Source of the DNA: the human T2T-CHM13v2.0 reference genome, Homo sapiens
Direction: 5' to 3' (one strand)
Assembly (NCBI RefSeq): GCF_009914755.1
Contig: NC_060933.1
Length of the DNA: 64,000 bases
The notes beneath the pieces were generated by a model. The model was not told the DNA's origin. It saw nothing but the letters and a program-made list of their open reading frames with translations, and did no database searches. The position numbers and the translations under genes were made by a program. Numbering within the stretch: the first letter of the stretch is position 1; every line of letters begins with the position of its first letter. Below, in pieces: positions 56,747 to 64,000 of the stretch.

Positions 56747-58412
56747 TTACATTTTAATAGAGACACTATCAGAGAAATACACCAAAATGACTCGACTGAA
56801 TTGGAAATGGAAAAGGTAGAAATCTCATTTTCTCTTCAGAGACTATTGCAAATTTGTATGTATGTAATACACTAATCACATCAGATGCCAGTTTTAAGTA
56901 CATATTTTCCTCCACTGTGTAGATTTGTTTCAATACGGAAAAATTTCAGAACATACGTAATCAATACAAAGCCATTCTCAGTAATTTATTTTCATTCCAT
57001 GCCATGTTACTTAGGTTTACATTTACTACCTTAGAAAACATTATGTACAAAAGCTTTTCTTTCTTATAGTGAATTAAATCTCCAACTGCTTTTGTTTCTA
57101 TTTTAAGAAAGTAAATATTATGACATAAATGTTTGCAATGTTTTTGTTTAAATAAAGTATTTCTAGATTTCTCTTAATTCATAGTTACGTTTGTTTCTTT
57201 ATTGATGTTCAAACACAGACTTTTAAAAATTCATATTTTTTTCAAAATGTGTGACTATTTACTTTCTAGCTCAATTTAAAAAGCATTTACCATAAAAATG
57301 GCAGTATCTTTTTGTACAGATGCTACCTCTGAATCAAAGCCTCTCAGCAACTGGCAAACAGGAAGCTCTAATGCACTTTAACCCTAATAGTTATAAAATA
57401 TGCAATCATCTGAAATCACATACTGATTTCCACTTCTTTTCTAACTACGGTTATATGTAAATATTTCACTTTCAATAATAGATCTTTGCCTGTTTATTTA
57501 GTTTTTTTTTTCCTTGGCTTAGAAATAGTTTTTATGAAATATTCAAATACAAACATAGTCTCTAAAAGCAAAGTATGGTTCTTTGACAGCCAAAACACTT
57601 TCCCCTAAGCATTTCATTAGTTATATAAGTGATAAATATTTTTCTGAATGGGAATTTACCTAAAGTGTTTCAAAATTAGGTGACCATTTGTGCTTTCCAA
57701 ACCATACAGAACTTTATATTTATTCCTGGGTAAATCACCCATTTCCTTGTTCATCAAGATCAGGTGAAATGATATCCATGTGAGATAATTAATTCCTCTG
57801 CTATCTATTTTATTATACTTAGTTATTCATCTAAAATAAATATCTACTATAACAAGTAAAATATATAATAGTGTCGAAGACAACAAGAGTATATGTTTGC
57901 AGTATGTGTAATAGAGTTAAATATATCTAAATATAGTATATCTGTACTAAGGCAATGAACATCAATTTTAGCTAATCACCCTCATTAAAGCAAAGGGCAC
58001 TACCATATGTGACATAGTTGTCACTGACAGTCTGTTAAATCTTGTAGCTGAGGTAACTGACAGGGAAGAGTTTGTGATAGTGAAATTTGTAGAACTAAGA
58101 TCAAATTACCAAACACGTAGGCATTATTAAACAAATTCTCACCAATTACTTCAAAAATATTGTAACTTCTATTTAATATTTCTTGTTTTTAATCTTAAAA
58201 ACTCTAAATTGAGTAGAATTTGAAATAGCAGTAAATTTCAGGTTAATGGAAATACAATCACACTTGTTATTATTGTTCAATTTTTTTTTATTAAGTCTGA
58301 AGAAATATTTACTTGAATATGACATCTAAGAATGATGGACAAAAGCTTTTTAAATTTTCTTTCCACTCCTTTTTCTGAAAGCTTTGATACAAAAATCATT
58401 TGACACAAATGA

Positions 58413-58672
58413 TTTTTTTTTTTTTGTGACAGGATCTTACTATGTTGCCCAGGCTGAAGTGCAGTGTGCTCATGCAATCCTCCCATCTCAGCCTCCTGAG
58501 TAACTGGGACTACAGGCACATGCCACCATGCCCAGCTAATTTTTGTATCTTTAGTAGAAACAAGGTTTTGCCACATTGCCCAGGCTGGTCTCCAACTCGT
58601 GGGCTGAAGTGATCTGCCCACCTTGGCCTCCCAGTGTTCTGGGATTACAGGAGTGAGCCACTGTACCCGGCT
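58413..58672 (-). mobile_element. AluJb-like with ~40-bp right-arm deletion
   Basis: GCAGTG joined directly to TGCTCATGCAATCCTCCC; TSD GACACAAATGATTT/GATGCAAATGATTT. Confidence 0.9.
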
Positions 58673-59149
58673 GATGCAAATGATTTCTGTTATTAATATC
58701 TTGCAGTTAGTCTTCCATTGGATAACCATCAATGTCAAAATAAAGATTATTAGTTACTGAAGGACTGAAAAATCAAAAATCAACTTCATGAGGTGCTTTA
58801 CAAACAACTGTTCTCTTTTAATATTTGACTCAGTAAAAGTTTTTAAGAAAAGTTAAGTTTGTGTTTTTATTTGTGTATACTCTCTAGTGCTTAAATGTAT
58901 CAGGATAGAACTTTTCTAAACTAGGTCAGTCTTTTTTCCATATCTATGGTTGAATACTTCAGTTAAATAAAGCAATGGTAGATAGCAAACTATGTTATAA
59001 TTGGCATTTTGGGCACTGGTTGCAATTAATTGCCAAAAAAAGCATATCTCACCACAATTGATCTCTCATTTTTCCACTCTCATTTATTTCCCTTCACTTC
59101 CTTCTTGGCTTCTGCAAAAGCATTTGTTTTTCCTTTTTCTTTCTTCTTT

Positions 59150-59668
59150 AAAAAAATATATTTGAAGAGATTTATTCTAAGCCAAATATGAGTAACCATG
59201 GCCAGTGACACAGCACTCAGGAGGTCCTGAGAACATGTGCCCAAGGTGGTTGGGATGCAGCTTGCTTTTATACATTTTAGAGAGGCATGAGACATCAATT
59301 AACTACACTTAAGAAATACATCAGTTTGATCCAGAAAGGTGGGACAACTCAAAGCAGAGGGAGTGGGGGTGGGAGGGGTTGGGGCTGGCAGGGGGGTTGG
59401 GGGATGGGAGGATATTGGGGTTTGGGGGTTGGTTCCAGGCTATAGGTGAATTTAAACATTTTCTGGTTGATAATTGGTTGAGTTTGATTCAAGACCTGGG
59501 AATGATAGAAAGGGAATGTTCAGGTTAAGATAAAAGACTGTGGAGACCAAGGTTCTTTTGAAGTCTTACAGTGGCTGCCCTTAGAGACAATAAATGACAA
59601 GTGTTTCCTATTCAGATCTTTAAAAGGTACTAGACTTTTAGTTAATCTCTTTAGAACTGCGAGGGCCA
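59150..59668 (-). mobile_element. LTR8-like (MER4-group ERV1) partial LTR
   Basis: GAAGAGATTTATTCT.AGCCAAATATGAG, GAGGTCCTGAGAACATGTGCCCAAGGTGG, TTTTATACATTTTAG. Confidence 0.8.
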
Positions 59669-60252
59669 TTTTTTCATATTATAATTTATCTCCTTCATGT
59701 CTGTAACAAAGATAGGAATCGCTATAAAGTGTCTTCCCAGTTTCTGCCTAACCACATCCCTGGATTTCCTGGCTCCTGGCTTGGCATATGTTTGGGGTTA
59801 GCCTTCTCCCACTGCTAATTTGTATGCCATAAGATGGTTGTTTTGTTCCTCAGTACATTTATGTCAGATATAATTGTTACTGTAGTAAACAACTATTGTG
59901 TAAAAAAATGATAAGTGAGTGTGAAAGTAAAAAAACAAATCAGAAAATGAAGCAGAATGTAAATAATTGATAAAGACAAGTTCTGAAAAAATATCAAATT
60001 GGATTTAGGAGTCAGACACCTGTAAGAGGTTTATTTGAGGGGCTAAGCGTGCTGGTATTTACACACATATTACTTCTTGTGTCTCTTCAATTTATTGGTT
60101 CATTTCAAAAAACCAAAGCTAAAAATCATAAAATATTCATTATGTAAAAAGAAACAAAGTTCAATGAATCCATACATACATACCAAAGACCTTTGTCGGA
60201 TAGTTGACAAGTATATTTGCATATATGTTTTCCAAGGTAAAAGAAAATTTGT

Positions 60253-60610
<358 letters not shown>

Positions 60611-61752
60611 TTATTTTAGAAGAATTTTTTTTTTGTAGAATGATTTGTGCTAAAGCAATACATCTCTTTCTATCATATACTGATATCTTGAAAACTTTTA
60701 TAACGTTTCTAGTCACATTCAGTATTTTAAAAATAGGATTGATTCTAAGTTTTGAGTTTATGGTGTATTTGAATATTAGAGATATTATCTCTTATACATT
60801 TCAAAGCTTTGCTGCATTCTAAACTCAGTCCTGCCTTAGCCTTAGTAACGGCAATGAAGTGCGGGGATAGAATGTTCACTATTTTTTTATGTGCTGTTAA
60901 AATTTCATACCTCCTGTTCTATCTTGAAGTCTTACAGTTTTGGAATGGTGAGTGGGGGAAACAAGCATAAAACTATTACATAATTCATGCAGTTTTCACT
61001 GGGCAACAGTATCTATCCTCTGAATGGTGAAATGGCTACTTTTCATTTATTTATTTTTTTCTCTCCTGGGGTAAAGCGCTTGAAAACTGCACCACTGGGA
61101 AATTGCAGCTATAGTCCATGTTTCAACATAGTCCATGCTTCTTTGAGTTGGCCACTTACTGTTTACTCTCATCTCCTTAGGTTTAGCAGTAAAGACCTGT
61201 AAGATTTCTTCTGTTAGGATCATCTAGCCATTCCAAACATTTCTCTTAGATTTGATTCTTTCAAGACAAATCAACCCAATAAAAATCTCATAAATAAAGG
61301 TGAGCTAGCTACCACATTTGGTGTTCTCATCTGACCAAACCAAATTTTATGTATACATTCAATTCTCAATCCAACCCAGTCTGTTTGCCTAAGCCATTCC
61401 AGACAAACTTCCACTTTGAAGGTTTTAAATGCATAAGTCAGATAGCAATCCTTCAGTTGCCCCAGAGGCACATCACGTTCTTTGAATGCTTCAGTATAGT
61501 CCTCTTCATTTAGCAATCAGTGAGGCAATACACTGGCATCATGATCCCTTTTTTTAGGAACTCTGTACAAAATTCCCTTTGAAAATATAAATTTTGGAAA
61601 TGAGTGATGAGCAAAGGGGTTTCATTAACATTATCACAATCTCTTGATATATCTGCTTGATAATGTAGCACCTATTATTTGGGGCCATTAGGACCTTGGC
61701 AGAAATTCTGGTAAATGTAAAGAAACCACATTTAACATCCAGTTAATTTAGT

Positions 61753-62058
61753 TTGTTTGTTTGTTTTGTTTTTGTTTTTGTTTTTGAGACGTTGTCTTAC
61801 TCTGTCACCCAGGCTAGAGTGCGGTGGTGTGATCTCGACTCACTGCAACCTCCACCTCCACCTTCTGGGTTCAAGCAATTATCTTCCTCAGCCTGGGATT
61901 ACAGGAACCCACCACCATGCCCACCTAATTTTGTATTTTTAGTAAAGACGGGGTTTCACCGTCTTGGTCAGGCTAGTCTTGAATGCCTGACCTCGTGATC
62001 CACCTGCCTCGACCTCCCAAAGTGCTGGAACTACAGGCATGAGCCACCTTGCCTGGCC
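61753..62058 (-). mobile_element. AluS (Sg/Sc-like)
   Basis: Antisense dimeric Alu, CCTGACCTCGTGATCC, (TTTG)n-type tail. Confidence 0.92.
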
Positions 62059-63816
62059 TCAATATTGTTTTTAATAATTTCTGCTTTACTTGCAGTTAAT
62101 CATATCAGGCCGTCTACCATACCCAGTTGTGTCAGCAAGAAGATCTGTACAATGATAAGTAACACATGGCTCCCAGGGCTAACATATTCCTAACACTTAT
62201 ATAAACACTTTTTCAGAAATTTGACAATATTTTATAATTAAACAATATCTTATTTTACAAGAAAAGATATGGTATCACAATACTCTGAGCAAAGAGTTAA
62301 TTTGCTTCTCAAATTTCCTAGATAATGAAGTAGTCCTAAAATATTTAACTCAGTATTGGTAATAGTTTCAATTTGAGGAAGTGTTCTGAATAGCCTTTTT
62401 AATGCTGATGTCATAAGATTGTGTTACAAACACAGACTTTCATTTAAAGACACTTTATTTTTAATTTTGTTCTAAAAAATAAAATTATATATAAATACAC
62501 ATGTATCCTAAACTATATATGTATAATATACATATATGTATATATATACACAGAGAGAGAGAGGAGAGAGAAACAGAGACAAAGAGAGCCATAAATCCTG
62601 AATTTGTTGTTGTCAATGGTGTTTGATAGCATCATTTTGTAACTCAATAGGATATATCTGCACAAAGCTAAAATTAATTTATTTTTGCCATACAAGGCAA
62701 GTGTATCTTGTTGACGTCTATAGAGAAAATAAATCACCCTCTAAAGAACTGTTTATAAATAAATAATTGATATCTGAAAATTCAGAAAAAGTACCACTAT
62801 CATTTTACTTCCCATATTGCATTGAAATTATATGTTTATGCTTCTCTTGCTTCTACCTCTCTGTGAATTCAAGGTTAGAAAAGGAGAAATTTTTATCTTA
62901 GCATTCCCAGGACCAATCACAATATCTAATACTTAGAGCGTGCAATGTTGGTTGAACTGAAATAAATCTGATATAAAAACAAATAATGCTTTAGGGAAGT
63001 GATTTTTCATTTGAGATTATTTTCTCAGAAAAATTAATATGACCAGGTTGTCATCCTATGCAAACATCAGTATGCCTTATTGATTTTTCACTAAGTTATA
63101 TAGCTTATATTATAAGACTTTTTTATGGGTGTCTCTACCTACAGATTCCAGGCACTAACAAACCTGTAGAAATTCATAAATTTAATGCATTTTATCAAGT
63201 TGATTAATATAGCATGAACATTTTTCAACTGGCTTCACAAATCATTTATTGTTAAATGTTATTCTTATACCTGTATTAGAGAGAAAAAAGCCAGAGGTAG
63301 CAAGGTGATATACAGATCAACTGGAAATCCACAAGTTTTGGTTTGGAACTCTTTGGAAAATTGAATAAAGAGTCACACCTTGCTCAAAACTGAATTAGTA
63401 AAAGCGATGCACATATCAATAAACAAACTTCTCTAATAAAAAAAGCATTAAAAATATAGTCAGCATATATTTTTCTGGAATATAAAATTGAGGAACTAGA
63501 ATAATTCAACTTGAATAAGTGTAACTAATTCATTTTCTGCAAAATATTACCCAGAGTTTGAGTATTTTTCTATTTATTCTATCGGAAAAAAATGATATAC
63601 CACTGTACTGGAAATATTCAGAAAAGTTTGTCTATTTTTTAAAATTGTACTTATTATACCTTTATAACCGTAAGATAATATATTTATTATTTGAATGAGA
63701 ATTAAATGTTTATGATTTATACAAAAATGCCTGACACAGACTACTATGCCCACAAAAGTTGAATGGTTGTTTTTAGCTTATATATACCTATACAGGTTAA
63801 TAGATATATCTTTACT

Positions 63817-64000
63817 TCTTTTTTCTTTTTTTTTGAGACGGAGTCTCACTCTGCAGCCCAGGTTGGAGTGCAGTGACATGATCTCGGCTCACTGCAAGCT
63901 CTGCCTCCCAAGTTCACGGTGTCCTCCTACCTCAGCCTCCTGAATAGCTGGGACTACAGGTGCCCGCCACCACGCCCGTCTTATTTTTTGTATTTTTAGT
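63817..64000 (-). mobile_element. AluY-like right arm, cut by the window end
   Basis: CACTGCAAGCTCTGCC, TTCACG, GGACTACAGGTGCCCGCCACC. Confidence 0.9.

Overview
Primate (human/great-ape type) nuclear DNA: AT-rich, CpG-poor and dominated by interspersed repeats, as expected for an intergenic region or a very large intron. It holds 14 Alu elements plus one FLAM, a 2.1-kb 5'-truncated L1PA3-like element, older L1PA/L1M and L2/MIR remnants, solo LTRs (MER31, LTR12F, MER57-group, MER77-like, LTR8-like, MLT1), DNA transposon relics (MER8, MER58A, Tigger1, MER115/Zaphod, MER6A) and several simple repeats. I see no host protein-coding exon, tRNA, rRNA or CRISPR array; the only protein-like ORFs are broken L1 ORF2 fragments. 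I cannot support a new biological system from this sequence. The best leads are a cluster of near-consensus minus-strand splice-site pairs at 46.9-49.5 kb (candidate spliced lncRNA), a quasi-palindrome converted to a perfect 20-bp palindrome at an L1 5' junction, a 10-tract G-quadruplex expansion inside an LTR, a 33-bp-arm AT-rich inverted repeat, two ancient non-TE local duplications, and solo LTRs with retained promoter motifs. Repeat subfamily names come from recalled consensus sequences, not a RepeatMasker run; boundaries of old elements are approximate. I did not identify the chromosomal locus.
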